Source: an uncultured Spirochaetota bacterium (lineage in GTDB: Bacteria; Spirochaetota; Spirochaetia; SZUA-6; Fen-1364). From it: 64,000 nucleotides of DNA. Both the position numbers and the translations under genes were made by a program. The notes under the pieces were generated by a model that did no database searches, was not told the DNA's origin, and worked only from the letters and a program-made list of their open reading frames with translations. Of the stretch, positions 1-9,728 are shown piece after piece. Position 1 is the first letter of the stretch, and each line of letters opens with the position of its first letter. The DNA is taken from NCBI GenBank assembly GCA_963745235.1, contig CAVUXE010000052.1, positions 1 to 64,000 of the forward strand, given 5' to 3'.

Positions 1-822
1 CCACACCACATATCCGACGAACGATTCAGCCGGGAGGACCTCATGGCTTGTCATGTAGCGCACGAGCTGCCCCTTCGTGACCCCCATCCCGAGGGCAAAG
101 CTCATGGCGCCAAGCGCACCCCCCGCGGAACATAGTGACCTCTCCCGTGATGCAAGCTCCAGGACCGAAGAGCAGTCCATGAGGGTCAAGGCATCCACCA
201 CGTGCCGGTCATTCACATCTCTCACCCACCTCAGCGCCCCCTCACCCCGCCCGGCAGGGGAAAATCCATAGTTTGGCCCATAGTGCGTCAGGTCAGTCGA
301 CCCGACCACCGCGACCTTCTTCTCCATTCTTCCGGCGGCCGCGGCTATTTCCGCGCCGAGCCGCACGGCGCGCGGTGACGGCGGAGCGCGCAGGCCCACC
401 AGGCGCGCGCGCGGGAACAGGTACCTGGCAAAGGGGAGCTGCACTTCCACCGAGTTGTCGGGAGTCCTGTCTTCCTTGATGTCGAAGCATTCAACGAGCC
501 AGTCGCGCAGCTCTCCGTCCGCCGCCATTTCCCCGAGGGGAGTTTCAAAGGAGTCCTCCCCGCAGCACAATATTCCGTCAGAAGGTCCCAGGTGACCGCC
601 GATAATAACGATGGTATCGATGCTGCGGGAAATACATGCCATCACTTCAAGGGCGAGCATCCCTGAGAACTCCCAGCCCGCGTGCGGGACAACCCCTGCA
701 ACGGCGCCGCCGTCCCTTTTCGGCACCCTGCGCGACATCGCCAGGATTGTCTCCGTGGTGTCTTCCACCCCGGAGGGATACCATCCCGGCGGCAGGAACC
801 TTTTTCGTACGCTCTTGGACAT
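1..822 (-). CDS. MEMO1/AmmeMemoRadiSam system protein B family dioxygenase-like protein (3' end runs off the window; absent from the ORF track)
   Basis: Manual translation from ATG at 822: MSKSVRKRFLPPGWYP...GVVPHAGWEFSG...DNSVEVQLPF...VGSTDLTHYGPNYGF...SFVGY, all MEMO1 motifs. Confidence 0.85.
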   Translation of the reverse strand, partial: MSKSVRKRFLPPGWYPSGVEDTTETILAMSRRVPKRDGGAVAGVVPHAGWEFSGMLALEVMACISRSIDTIVIIGGHLGPSDGILCCGEDSFETPLGEMAADGELRDWLVECFDIKEDRTPDNSVEVQLPFARYLFPRARLVGLRAPPSPRAVRLGAEIAAAAGRMEKKVAVVGSTDLTHYGPNYGFSPAGRGEGALRWVRDVNDRHVVDALTLMDCSSVLELASRERSLCSAGGALGAMSFALGMGVTKGQLVRYMTSHEVLPAESFVGYVVW

Positions 823-860
823 GAAGTCGATTATACTCGACGTCGCATGGGGAGGGGAGC

Positions 861-1955
861 ATGAATAGACGTATTTCCTGGGCATTCCTCGGCGTGAGCG
901 TTGCTTTTTTCCTTTTCATCGTCGGGCTGACCGGATACAGATTGGAGGAAGCCCGCGCGCGAAACTCTCTCCAGGTCAGGGACAAGCTCATCGACATCGC
1001 CACCAGGATTTCTTCCATCCGCACAACGTACGTGAGCCTGGATGCTCCCGCGGTGCGCAAGGATCTCCGCGCTCTTTTCGACGCCGAGCCCCGACTGCTC
1101 CTGATGAACGTGTACTCCCCTACTGATGGCATCCTGTACCTTGTGGCGCGCAACCAGGCATACCTGAAAGAGCCGGCAACTCCCGACCTCGCGTGGCGAG
1201 GCATGCCGACCTACCAGGTGAGCCGGGGATACGAAGTTGTCCTGAGCCGGCCTCTGGATGGTGACCCGCCCGGAGCGGTCGTGGACGCGGTATTCGTCAT
1301 CATGGGCCGAGAAGACCTGTACCCGATTGTGAGGGATGACCTGTACCTGTTCCTGGCCTTTCTCTTTGTGAGCGGCGTCGTGATCCTCATTGCCATGAGC
1401 GTCCAGGAGGCGCCCGCGGTGCCGGACGGTCCATCACGCGGCCCGGTTGACTTCCGCGGTCTCACCTCCCCGCGCAGCGGCCTCCTCAGAGCGGAGCACC
1501 TGGAACCGAGGCTTCGCGCCGAGCTGGAGAAGGCCATTTCCGCCGGACAGGACATTTCCCTGGCCAGGATCCAGATCGACGAGCCCTACGCGAACTCCAA
1601 TCTGTCCGAGGCGTACACGGAGATCGCCCGGGTCCTCCTTCTGAGGTTCCCGGCGCATGATTGCCTTTTCGAGTCCGGAAACGATACGTTCACGGTCCTG
1701 ATTCCCGAAACTGACATCGATGCGGCCGTCCGAACCATCGACGCCTTCAGAAAGGCCGTGGGCAGCAGGGAGATCGAGGAAAGGGTCCGTTCGCTTTCGG
1801 CTGGCGCATCTTCCCGCGGGGCACGGCTGGTTTCAGCGTCAACCCTGCTGGAAGAGGCGGAGATAGCGCTCGCAAAGGCGTCCCGGGAAGGCGGGAACCA
1901 GGTGATCGGCTTCCGCGCCGACCCTTCCCGGTATCAGGCCCACGTCCCGGCATAG
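861..1955 (+). CDS. Membrane protein with periplasmic sensor region and degenerate C-terminal GGDEF domain
   Basis: Two hydrophobic segments; C-terminal SGLL..., ISLARIQID, GNDTF in place of GG(D/E)EF, SLSAG, EAEIALAKASREGGNQV. Confidence 0.7.
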   Translation: MNRRISWAFLGVSVAFFLFIVGLTGYRLEEARARNSLQVRDKLIDIATRISSIRTTYVSLDAPAVRKDLRALFDAEPRLLLMNVYSPTDGILYLVARNQAYLKEPATPDLAWRGMPTYQVSRGYEVVLSRPLDGDPPGAVVDAVFVIMGREDLYPIVRDDLYLFLAFLFVSGVVILIAMSVQEAPAVPDGPSRGPVDFRGLTSPRSGLLRAEHLEPRLRAELEKAISAGQDISLARIQIDEPYANSNLSEAYTEIARVLLLRFPAHDCLFESGNDTFTVLIPETDIDAAVRTIDAFRKAVGSREIEERVRSLSAGASSRGARLVSASTLLEEAEIALAKASREGGNQVIGFRADPSRYQAHVPA

Positions 1956-1996
1956 AACCGGCCCGGCGCCTGATCAGAAGCCCGCTCAGCGCCCGC

Positions 1997-2851
1997 TCAG
2001 AGCCCCAGTGATTTTCGAAGCTCGGCCACCGCATCATCCTTCATGGTGAAGGTGTGCTCGTCAGCCGGGAAGGCCTTCGACTGCACTTCGGAGACGTACT
2101 TCCTGACGGCATCCAGCTGGATGGAATATACGTCCGCGTACACCTTCACGAACTTCGGCGTAAACCGGCGGAAGAGCCCAACCATGTCGTGAAGCACCAG
2201 GACCTGGCCGTCGCATTCCAGCCCGCCCCCAATGCCGATGGTCGGGATGTCCAGCTTCTCCGTGATCAGGGCCGCCAACTGTCGGGGAATGGCCTCCAGG
2301 ACGATGGCGAAAGCGCCGGCCTCCTGCAGCGCAAGGGCGTCATCCACCACCCTCCTGGCCTGGTCAAGCGATTTGCCCTGGACCTTGAATCCCCCAAGAA
2401 GGTTCGCTGTCTGCGGAGTGAGACCGATATGGCCGAAGACCGGAATCCCGGCCTTGACAATTGCGCTCACCACGGGGGCCATATCCTGGCCGCCTTCCAG
2501 CTTCACAGAGTCCGCCCCGCCGTCCTTGTACAGCACGCCGGCATTCGCGACGGCCTGCTCCCGGGAAATGTTGTATGACATGAACGGCATGTCGCCCACC
2601 ACGTGCGCCCGCTTGACGCCCCGCATCACGGCCCGCGTATGGCCCAGCATTTCCTCCATGGTCACCGGCACGGTGTCGCGGTACCCAAGCTCCACCATGC
2701 CGAGGCTGTCACCGACCAGGATCACGTCTATTCCCGCCTCATCCACGATCAGTGCCTGGGGGTAGGAGTAGGCGGTAATCATTGTGATCTTTCGACCTTC
2801 CTTCTTCATGCCGTGCAGGTCGGGAATCATAACCTTCTTGACGTCGCTCAT
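1997..2851 (-). CDS. panB: 3-methyl-2-oxobutanoate hydroxymethyltransferase
   Basis: LVGDSLGM, GDMPFMSY, VKLEGG, GHIGLTPQ, TIGIGGG..CDGQVLV; SD GGAGG upstream of ATG at 2851. Confidence 0.95.
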   Translation of the reverse strand: MSDVKKVMIPDLHGMKKEGRKITMITAYSYPQALIVDEAGIDVILVGDSLGMVELGYRDTVPVTMEEMLGHTRAVMRGVKRAHVVGDMPFMSYNISREQAVANAGVLYKDGGADSVKLEGGQDMAPVVSAIVKAGIPVFGHIGLTPQTANLLGGFKVQGKSLDQARRVVDDALALQEAGAFAIVLEAIPRQLAALITEKLDIPTIGIGGGLECDGQVLVLHDMVGLFRRFTPKFVKVYADVYSIQLDAVRKYVSEVQSKAFPADEHTFTMKDDAVAELRKSLGL

Positions 2852-2882
2852 GGTGCTTTGGCCCTCCTGTGGTGTGCCTGCC

Positions 2883-2982
2883 AGCGTAGCGGAAAACCCG
2901 GCCCGGCACAAGCAACGCAGGCGCAATCGCTCACCGCCGGCGCGAACGCTGCGTTGACAAATCCCGTGCGCCTCTTTACCGT
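2883..2982. promoter_or_regulatory. Divergent sigma70-like promoters for panB and the P1 peptidase
   Basis: Plus strand TTGACA(2954-2959)-17 nt-TACCGT(2977-2982); minus strand TTGTGC(2911-2906)-17 nt-TACGCT(2888-2883). Confidence 0.55.
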
Positions 2983-2990
2983 GCCACACC

Positions 2991-3960
2991 ATGAGCGGCA
3001 GCATCACAGACGTCCCCGGGATCCAGGTCGGGCACGCGCAGCATCCCTCCGGCAGGCACCGGCTGCACGGTCATCCTCTGCAGGGCCGGAGCCGTCCCCG
3101 GGGTGGACTCACGCGGCGGCGCGCCAGGCACCCGGGAGACCGACTGCCTGAGGCCGGAGAACATGGTGCCTGTGGCCCATGCCATTTTTCTCACCGGGGG
3201 AAGCGCATACGGACTCGATTGCGCTGCCGGGATCATGCGCTGGCTTGAAGAGCAGAAGGTCGGCCTCGATGTGGGCGTGACCGTGGTTCCCATTGTGGCA
3301 GGGGCCGTCCTGAACGACCTTGGCTTCACGGGCGGCGCCGCGCGCCCGGATGCCGAAATGGGCTACCGCGCGTGCAAAGAGGCGAGTGCATCCGAGACCC
3401 GGCAGGGCAACGTCGGCGCGGGGACCGGGGCTGCAATCGGGAGACTGGCCGGCAACTCCAAGGGCATGGTAAAAGGCGGCCTGGGAACCGCGAGTGCCCG
3501 TTTTGGTGACGTGGTGGTCGGGGCCATTGTCGCGGTGAACTGCAACGGTGATGTCACGGACCCGGCCACGGGGGAGGTCCTTGCGGGGACACTGACGCCT
3601 GCGCGGGACGGGTTTGCCGGGGCAATGAAAATGATCAGCGGTGAAACGGCGGGCTACAAAGGGGGGTTCCCCACCAATACCACCATCGGCACCGTGGCCA
3701 CCAACGCCCGGCTCACAAAGGCCATGGCGACACGCGTGTCCATCATGGCCCATGACGGCTACGCAAGGACAATCAATCCTGTGCATACCCTGGGGGACGG
3801 GGATGTGATCTTCACTTTGGCCGCTGGCACGGTGGAGGCTGACACCGACCGCGTCGGGGCGCTTGCGGCATGGGTCATGGCGCAGGCGGTGGTGAACGCC
3901 GTGCGCGCGGCTGCGAGCCTGCTCGGCGTGCCAGCGTCCCGAGATCTGTTCCGCAAATGA
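2991..3960 (+). CDS. P1/S58 (DmpA/OAT-fold) peptidase, Thr-nucleophile ThnT-like type; one frameshift near 3057
   Basis: ITDVPGIQVGH + TGCTVIL + RGGAPGTRETD, LTGGSAYGL, GNVGAGTGA, NTTIGTVATNA, HDGYARTINPVHT.GDGD. Confidence 0.85.
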
Positions 3961-3963
3961 AGA

Positions 3964-3990
3964 GGGCGCCAAGCAAGCCGTCCGGCGCCC
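3964..3990. terminator. Putative stem-loop between convergent genes
   Basis: GGGCGCC...GGCGCCC inverted repeat; no U-tract. Confidence 0.3.
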
Positions 3991-4011
3991 ACTCCCAGTC
4001 CTCGCAGAGGA

Positions 4012-5175
4012 CTACCTGACTTCCTTCACGAGCTTCTTCTTTCCGTTCTGGATCTCGAAAATATAGGTCGGCTTGTTGGTCGGAATGCCGTCCTTCATGT
4101 CCCAGTTGAAAAGCAGGCCGTGGAAGTTCTTCACGTTCGCGCAGTAGTCCGCGATCTTCTTCCTCTCCTCAGCCAGCTTCGAGGGGTCTCCCGTCACGCC
4201 TGTCTTCTCGATGGCTTCCTTGATCATGTAGAGGGCGTCGTAGTAGTTCGGGGAGAGGCTGAAGGGGGCCAGTCCCTTGTGGTCCTTCGCGAATGCCGCC
4301 TTGAACGCGTCCCACCGGGGGTTGGAGATGTCGAGGTTGATGTAGTTGTAGACCTGCACCCCGTTCAGGTCCGCGCCGCCGGTCGAGTAGAGCTGCGCAT
4401 CATCGGCGCTGCTGAACACGAGGATGTGGTTCATCTTCTTCCAGCCCCGGCTCTTCAGCTCCTTGATGATCTTGGCGGCCTTCTCGCGCGTTGCAGACCA
4501 GGATGATCCCGTCCGGCTTCTCCTCCAGCGCCTTGACGACCAGCGGTCCGAAGGTCACCGCATCGTCCGGGACATCCACGTGGTCAGCACCTTGATGTTC
4601 AGGCCCTGCAGCGCCTTCACATGCGCCGTCGGCCATGCCGGGCCAGGGGCCGTACGGCTCGACGAACTGGACCGCCTGCTTCATGTCGGTGAACTCCTTC
4701 GCCCACGCCACCACGAGCGGCGGAAGCCTGTCCAGCGTTGGCGGGGAACCAGGAGACGGTCCAGGGGAAGAACTTCTGCGCGTACTCGAGCGAAGTCGTC
4801 GCCGTGATGGACATCATCCCGGCCTCCACCGCGATGGGCATGGCCGCCATGATGACCGGCTCGGGAACCGGGCCCATTGCGACGAGGCTGTCCTTCACGA
4901 TACGGGCCATCTCCACGGAGCCCTTCTGGGGGTCCAGTGCCGTGTCGACCGGGACCACCTTCACGGGCACGCCGGCTATCCCTCCCGAGGCGTTGATTTC
5001 CTTTGCGGCGTACTCGGCACCCCACTCCAGGAACTCTCCGAATGGCCGCAATAGGGCCGGTCAGGCAGTTGAGGAACGGTACCTGCCACTCGGTGGCTAC
5101 CACCTTCGCCTGGCCGAACCCGAAGCGTGGCTGCAAACAAAACTACGAACAATGCACACCGATCAGCTTTTTCAT
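4012..5175 (-). CDS. ABC transporter substrate-binding protein, LivK/HAAT-like; several frameshifts
   Basis: Signal-like MKKLIG..., LTGPIA, AAKEINASGGIAGVPVKVV..DT, YYDALYMIKEAIEK spread over several frames. Confidence 0.8.
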
Positions 5176-6077
5176 GGGACCTCCTTGAGTGAAATATACC
5201 GTTTCCTTCGTTTTCCCGAAAGAAAGGTTTCGATTGAGCGGACGAACCGCGGGGTGACGAACCCCTCCGGCTTCAGAACGAGCACCAGGATCAGGAGAGC
5301 GCCGTAGATCACTATCCGCCACGACTGGATCTCCGGCGGGAACAGGAGCGGCGCCCCGTACAGGATGGGCGCGGTGACGACCGTGCCCCACTGCGTTGCA
5401 TATCCGCCGACGAAAATGACGATCATGAAAAAACCGACAAGAGCGAAGGGGAAGTAGTCGAGGTGGAAGCTCTTGTAGATGAAGCCGTAGAGCACGCCGC
5501 TGCCGCCGGCAATCGTGCAACTGGCCGTCTGCACCAGCATCCCCAGCCTCTTGCGGTTGATGCCCAGGGAGGCGGCAAGATCCGGGTCCACGAACACGGT
5601 GGACGCCGCCCTCCCCAGCCGGGAATGATCGAAGCGATTGATGAGCCAGCCGACGATCAGGACGAGCGCGTAGAGAATGACCAGGAGGATGAGGCGGTGC
5701 GATGTCGGGCTGCCGCCGATGTTCGGCAGGCCAAACATCCCCATTGTCCCTCCCACGGCGGGCAGGTTCTGGATGACGGTGCGGGTGATGAATATGAAGG
5801 TGAAGCCGACGATGACCACGGCGAATGTCGGTGCATCCCCGATGAACAGGGAGACCCCGTAGCCGATGAGGCCTCCCAGGAGGAAACCTATTGCCAGCGC
5901 CCAGCCAAAAGGAACGTGGAGGCTCATCACGAGATATCCGGCCGTGTAGCCGGAGATAGCCATGTTTGCGACGGTGAGGAAATGCAGGTGCGCCACGCGG
6001 TACGGCAGGTAAAGGGCCCAGCTCATGAGGATGTTCACGGCCGTAATGGAGAGGTAGTAGTACAACGGAAGCGGCAC
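5172..6077 (-). CDS. Branched-chain amino acid-type ABC permease (LivM-like)
   Basis: C-terminal part of ORF 5172..7325; SD AGGAGG then GTG at 6077; multi-TM, SRLGRAA..AASLGIN, VLKPEG. Confidence 0.85.
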   Translation of the reverse strand: MPLPLYYYLSITAVNILMSWALYLPYRVAHLHFLTVANMAISGYTAGYLVMSLHVPFGWALAIGFLLGGLIGYGVSLFIGDAPTFAVVIVGFTFIFITRTVIQNLPAVGGTMGMFGLPNIGGSPTSHRLILLVILYALVLIVGWLINRFDHSRLGRAASTVFVDPDLAASLGINRKRLGMLVQTASCTIAGGSGVLYGFIYKSFHLDYFPFALVGFFMIVIFVGGYATQWGTVVTAPILYGAPLLFPPEIQSWRIVIYGALLILVLVLKPEGFVTPRFVRSIETFLSGKRRKRYISLKEVP

Positions 6078-6088
6078 CTTCGTCCCTC

Positions 6089-6973
6089 CTAGACACTGGA
6101 CCCGAACAGTCCCCGCGGCTTCACCAGGATCACGACCAGCATGATGACGAACGCAATGGCATTCGACCAGGTGCCGGAGATGTATCCCTGCACGATGGCC
6201 TCCAGGACGCCCAGGACGAGCCCGACGACAAGCCCTCCCGCCAGGTTCCCCAGCCCCGCGATGATTGACACGGCAAGCACCTTGTGGGCGACCTGCTCTC
6301 CCAGCCCCGGCGATGCCGAGCCAAGGACCATCGCCAGGAGCACGGCTATGACGCCCCCGAGGACGCCCGAAAGGGCATAGCTTGCAAAAGCGGTGCGCAG
6401 CAGGGGGATCCCCACCAGGCGGGCGCCGTTGGGGTCCTCCGCAATGGCGCGGAAGGCGCGCCCGGGCCGCGTCTTGTACAGGATGAAGAAGATGGCGGAG
6501 ACCGCGACAATCCCCACGGCCAGAGACCAGACCTGGCCGCCAAGGACGCTGATGAGGCCTACCCTGATCAGGGGTGTCTCCCCGGACAGCTGATCCGGGA
6601 AGGCGATGGGGAGCCCCCTGTTGAAGGTGTGAGACAGCACGTCGGTGATGATCATCCCGATGCCCAGGGAAAGCACCATGGTGCTGTTGATGTCGACCTC
6701 TCCCCTCTTCATCATCACCTTCTGGAACAGCGGGGCGGAGAGGAGGTTCAAGGCGACCGAAGAGGCCACTCCCGCGGCGATCCCGAGGGCCAGGTTGTTC
6801 CCCGTGAGCTGGAGCACGACCCAGGTGATGTACATGGAAAAGACGACAACCTGGGGATAGGAGAAGTGGATGATCATGGCGACGAGCAGGAGAAGGTTGA
6901 AGCCCGTCACGAGCAGGACGTAGATGCTTCCAAGGGAGAGCCCGTTGATGATCTGGGCGATCAGTTCCTGCAC
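6089..6973 (-). CDS. Branched-chain amino acid-type ABC permease (LivH-like)
   Basis: QIINGLSLGSIY, KTRPGRAFRAIAED..ARLVGI, KPRGLFG. Confidence 0.9.
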   Translation of the reverse strand: MQELIAQIINGLSLGSIYVLLVTGFNLLLLVAMIIHFSYPQVVVFSMYITWVVLQLTGNNLALGIAAGVASSVALNLLSAPLFQKVMMKRGEVDINSTMVLSLGIGMIITDVLSHTFNRGLPIAFPDQLSGETPLIRVGLISVLGGQVWSLAVGIVAVSAIFFILYKTRPGRAFRAIAEDPNGARLVGIPLLRTAFASYALSGVLGGVIAVLLAMVLGSASPGLGEQVAHKVLAVSIIAGLGNLAGGLVVGLVLGVLEAIVQGYISGTWSNAIAFVIMLVVILVKPRGLFGSSV

Positions 6974-6976
6974 GTC

Positions 6977-7699
6977 TTACGCTCCGAGATAGGCTTCCCG
7001 GACACCGGGATCGGAGAGAAGCCGTTCCGCGGTTCCGGTCAGCGCAATTGTCCCTGTTTCCAGGACATACCCGCGATGTGCGCACCGCAGCGCCTTGTTC
7101 GCGTTCTGCTCGGAGAGGAGGATAGTGTACCCCTCCCCGTTCAGCTTTTTCAGTATCGAAAAAATCTCGCTCACGATGAGGGGCGCCAGTCCGATTGACG
7201 GCTCGTCCACCATGATCAGCCGCGGGGCCGACATCAGCGCCCTGCCGATGGCAAGCATCTGGCGCTCCCCCCCGCTCAACGTCCTTGCGATCTGGTTCTT
7301 CCGCTCCGCCAGAATAGGGAACCACGCGAATACCCGGCGCAGGCTCGCCTGGACGTTGCGCATGTTGTTGTGTGCTCCCAGGAGCAGGTTGTCCAGCACA
7401 TTCATGGAGGCGAACACTCCCCGCCCTTCGGGGACCAGGCAGATGCCTGCCCGTACGTTGCGGTCGGCGGCCACGCCGCCGATTTCCCTTCCTTCGAAGA
7501 CAATACTCCCCGAGCGCGGCGTGTTGATTCCAAGCACGGATTCCAGGAGGGTCGTCTTGCCGGCCCCGTTGGCGCCAATGAGCACGACGATCTCCCCCGC
7601 AAACACCTCCAGGCTGGCATCCTTGAGGGCGTTCACGTGCCCGTAGGAGACGGAAAGGTGCTCCACCTTGAGGAGGGGACCGCGCGTCTCAGTCGACAC
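6977..7699 (-). CDS. ABC ATP-binding protein (LivF-like)
   Basis: GANGAGKT, VPEGRGVF, LSGGERQMLAIGRALM, DEPS. Confidence 0.92.
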   Translation of the reverse strand: MSTETRGPLLKVEHLSVSYGHVNALKDASLEVFAGEIVVLIGANGAGKTTLLESVLGINTPRSGSIVFEGREIGGVAADRNVRAGICLVPEGRGVFASMNVLDNLLLGAHNNMRNVQASLRRVFAWFPILAERKNQIARTLSGGERQMLAIGRALMSAPRLIMVDEPSIGLAPLIVSEIFSILKKLNGEGYTILLSEQNANKALRCAHRGYVLETGTIALTGTAERLLSDPGVREAYLGA

Positions 7700-8489
7700 C
7701 GAGGTATGCCTCAAGAACACGCTGGTCCTTCTGGACCTGTGAAGGAGACCCTTCGGCGATCTTTTCCCCGAAATTGAGGACCGTCACGCGATCCGACAGG
7801 TTCATGAGCATCTTCACGTCGTGGCTCACGACCACCACGGTGACTCCGGACTCCCGGACCTTCCGGATGATCTCTTCCACCCTCTCCATCTCACGCACGC
7901 CCATCCCGGAGGCCGGCTCGTCAAGAAGGAGGACACTCGGCCCGGCAACGACGGCGCGCGCTATCTGGACGAGCTGCCGTTCTGTCCACGCGAGGTCGCT
8001 CGCCCATCGCTCCGCGGCTGCTTCGATGCCGGTGAGGACGAGCGCCCTGCGGGCGCTTTCCTCGATCTCGGTTTCCCTGCGCGAGTGCAGGAACGGCAGA
8101 CGCAGCATGACGTCCGCGGCGGATCTCCCCACGGGGTCGTTGATTCCCGCCATGACATTCTCCAGGACCGAGAGGCCGGCAACGATTTTTCCGGCCTGGA
8201 AAGTGCGTCTGATTCCGAGATTCGCTATTGCGTCAGGACGCTGCGCCGTGATGTCGAGCGAGTCCAGATGCACGGAGCCGGCGTCCGGCCTGAGGAGCCC
8301 GGTGACGCAGTTGAAGAGCGTGGTCTTTCCTGAACCGTTGGGTCCGATGATGCCATGGATGTGGCCCTTCTGGACCTGGATATCCACCCGCTCGAGGGCC
8401 TTGATTGCACCGAAGGACTTGCTGAGCGCTGCGACACGGAGGATGCAGTGGTCCATGGGTGGGTGGGAGTGTAGGTGATTGGGATTCAT
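7689..8489 (-). CDS. ABC ATP-binding protein (LivG-like)
   Basis: GPNGSGKT, RTFQ, LLLDEPASG, VLEAYLG. Confidence 0.9.
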   Translation of the reverse strand: MNPNHLHSHPPMDHCILRVAALSKSFGAIKALERVDIQVQKGHIHGIIGPNGSGKTTLFNCVTGLLRPDAGSVHLDSLDITAQRPDAIANLGIRRTFQAGKIVAGLSVLENVMAGINDPVGRSAADVMLRLPFLHSRRETEIEESARRALVLTGIEAAAERWASDLAWTERQLVQIARAVVAGPSVLLLDEPASGMGVREMERVEEIIRKVRESGVTVVVVSHDVKMLMNLSDRVTVLNFGEKIAEGSPSQVQKDQRVLEAYLGVD

Positions 8490-9728
8490 GTGTCAACGCG
8501 AACCGCCCTCAGGAAGCGCGAGGAGGCCACGGCGTACACCCGGGCGCATTCCACCAGCTGGTCGATATCCACGTACTCGTCCACCTGGTGAGGGATGTGC
8601 CGCGGACCGGGACCGTTGACGAGGCAGGGGATCTTCTTCCACGCGCTGAGAAAAGTGCCGTCGGTCGCTCCCGGGACCCCGTTCCATACCGGCTCCCGGC
8701 CCGTGACCTCCCGGAAAGCCTCCGCGGATACGCTGGCAATTGGTTCATCCCGGGAGATGCCGACAACCGGCCTGTCTTCGATGAACTCGATTTCTGCCTT
8801 GAAGTCCCGGTCTTTCGCCGCAAGCTCCGTCAGGAGCGCGCGCAGGCGTTCGCGAAGCGCGTCATGGGACTGCATGAGCGTGGTGCGGATGTCCACGTAC
8901 CCCACCGCTTCCCCCGGCATCACGTTCAGCTGCGCGGGGCTGCCGGCGGGCGGAGACTGGAGCACCGTGAAAGTGATGGAGGGAAGCCCAATGAGGGGAT
9001 CTGCGCCGCAGCGTTTCTTCTCCTCCGCCTCCAGCTGCTCGAATGCAAGGATGATACGGGCGAGGCGGGTGTTCGGATTGACGCCGGTCAGCGGCATGGC
9101 GCCGTGGGCCATTCTGCCGTGAACACGGACCACCGCGCGGATGGCGCCCTTCATGGTGATGCAGAGATTGTTCTCCTCCGGCTCGGGTACCAGGCACGCG
9201 GTGACATCGTCCGCGTGACCCGACGCTATGAAGTGCTTGATGCCGATCATCATGCCTTCCTCATCGCAGGGAAAACCGAGCCGAACCTTCCCCGTCCAGG
9301 CTGCCGGGAAGCTTCCCCAGGGCCTTGGCCGTGACAAGCGCCACCGCGAGCCCCGCCTTCATGTCGCAGGACCCGCGCCCGTAGATCCTCCCGTCAGCAA
9401 CATCGGCTCCGAACGGGTCATGGGTCCACGCGGCCCTGTTCCCTTCGCTCACCACGTCGGTATGCCCCTCCAGCATCAGGCAAGGCCCGCGCACGCCGGA
9501 GTCCAACGTGGCAATGACGTTTTGCCTCCCCGTCTCCACTTCCTGGACAAGAGGCTCGATCCGCAGCTCTCGGCGGATCCAGTCTGCGATGAAGCGCACG
9601 ACGTTCCGTTCCGTCCCATTCGATTCCGGGCGGATCACGGAGTCGATGCGCACGAGGTCCCGGGTCAGGCTGACCAGCTCCTCCCGGTCGACACCCGTCA
9701 GCAATTCCCGCTCGAGCTCTGAGATCAT
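8486..9728 (-). CDS. M20 (ArgE/DapE-family) metallo-amidohydrolase; frameshift near 9300-9330
   Basis: EGHTDVV, GRGSCDMKAG, CDEEG, AHGAMP..GVN, PHQVDEY across ORFs 9261..9728 and 8486..9337. Confidence 0.88.

Noticed and set aside
2852-2882. pan-motif or riboswitch leader upstream of panB
   Set aside because: The predicted leader is only about 25-30 nt with no stable stem-loop
4012-5175. Binding-protein gene as a true pseudogene or phase-variable locus
   Set aside because: The breaks are not in long simple-sequence tracts and the same indel pattern affects core genes such as aroA and panE, so sequencing error is more likely; reads are needed to exclude it
5172-7325. 717-aa ORF as a fused permease
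   Set aside because: The N-terminal 400 aa are an alternate frame over the LivH/LivF genes; the real gene starts at the SD-preceded GTG at 6077
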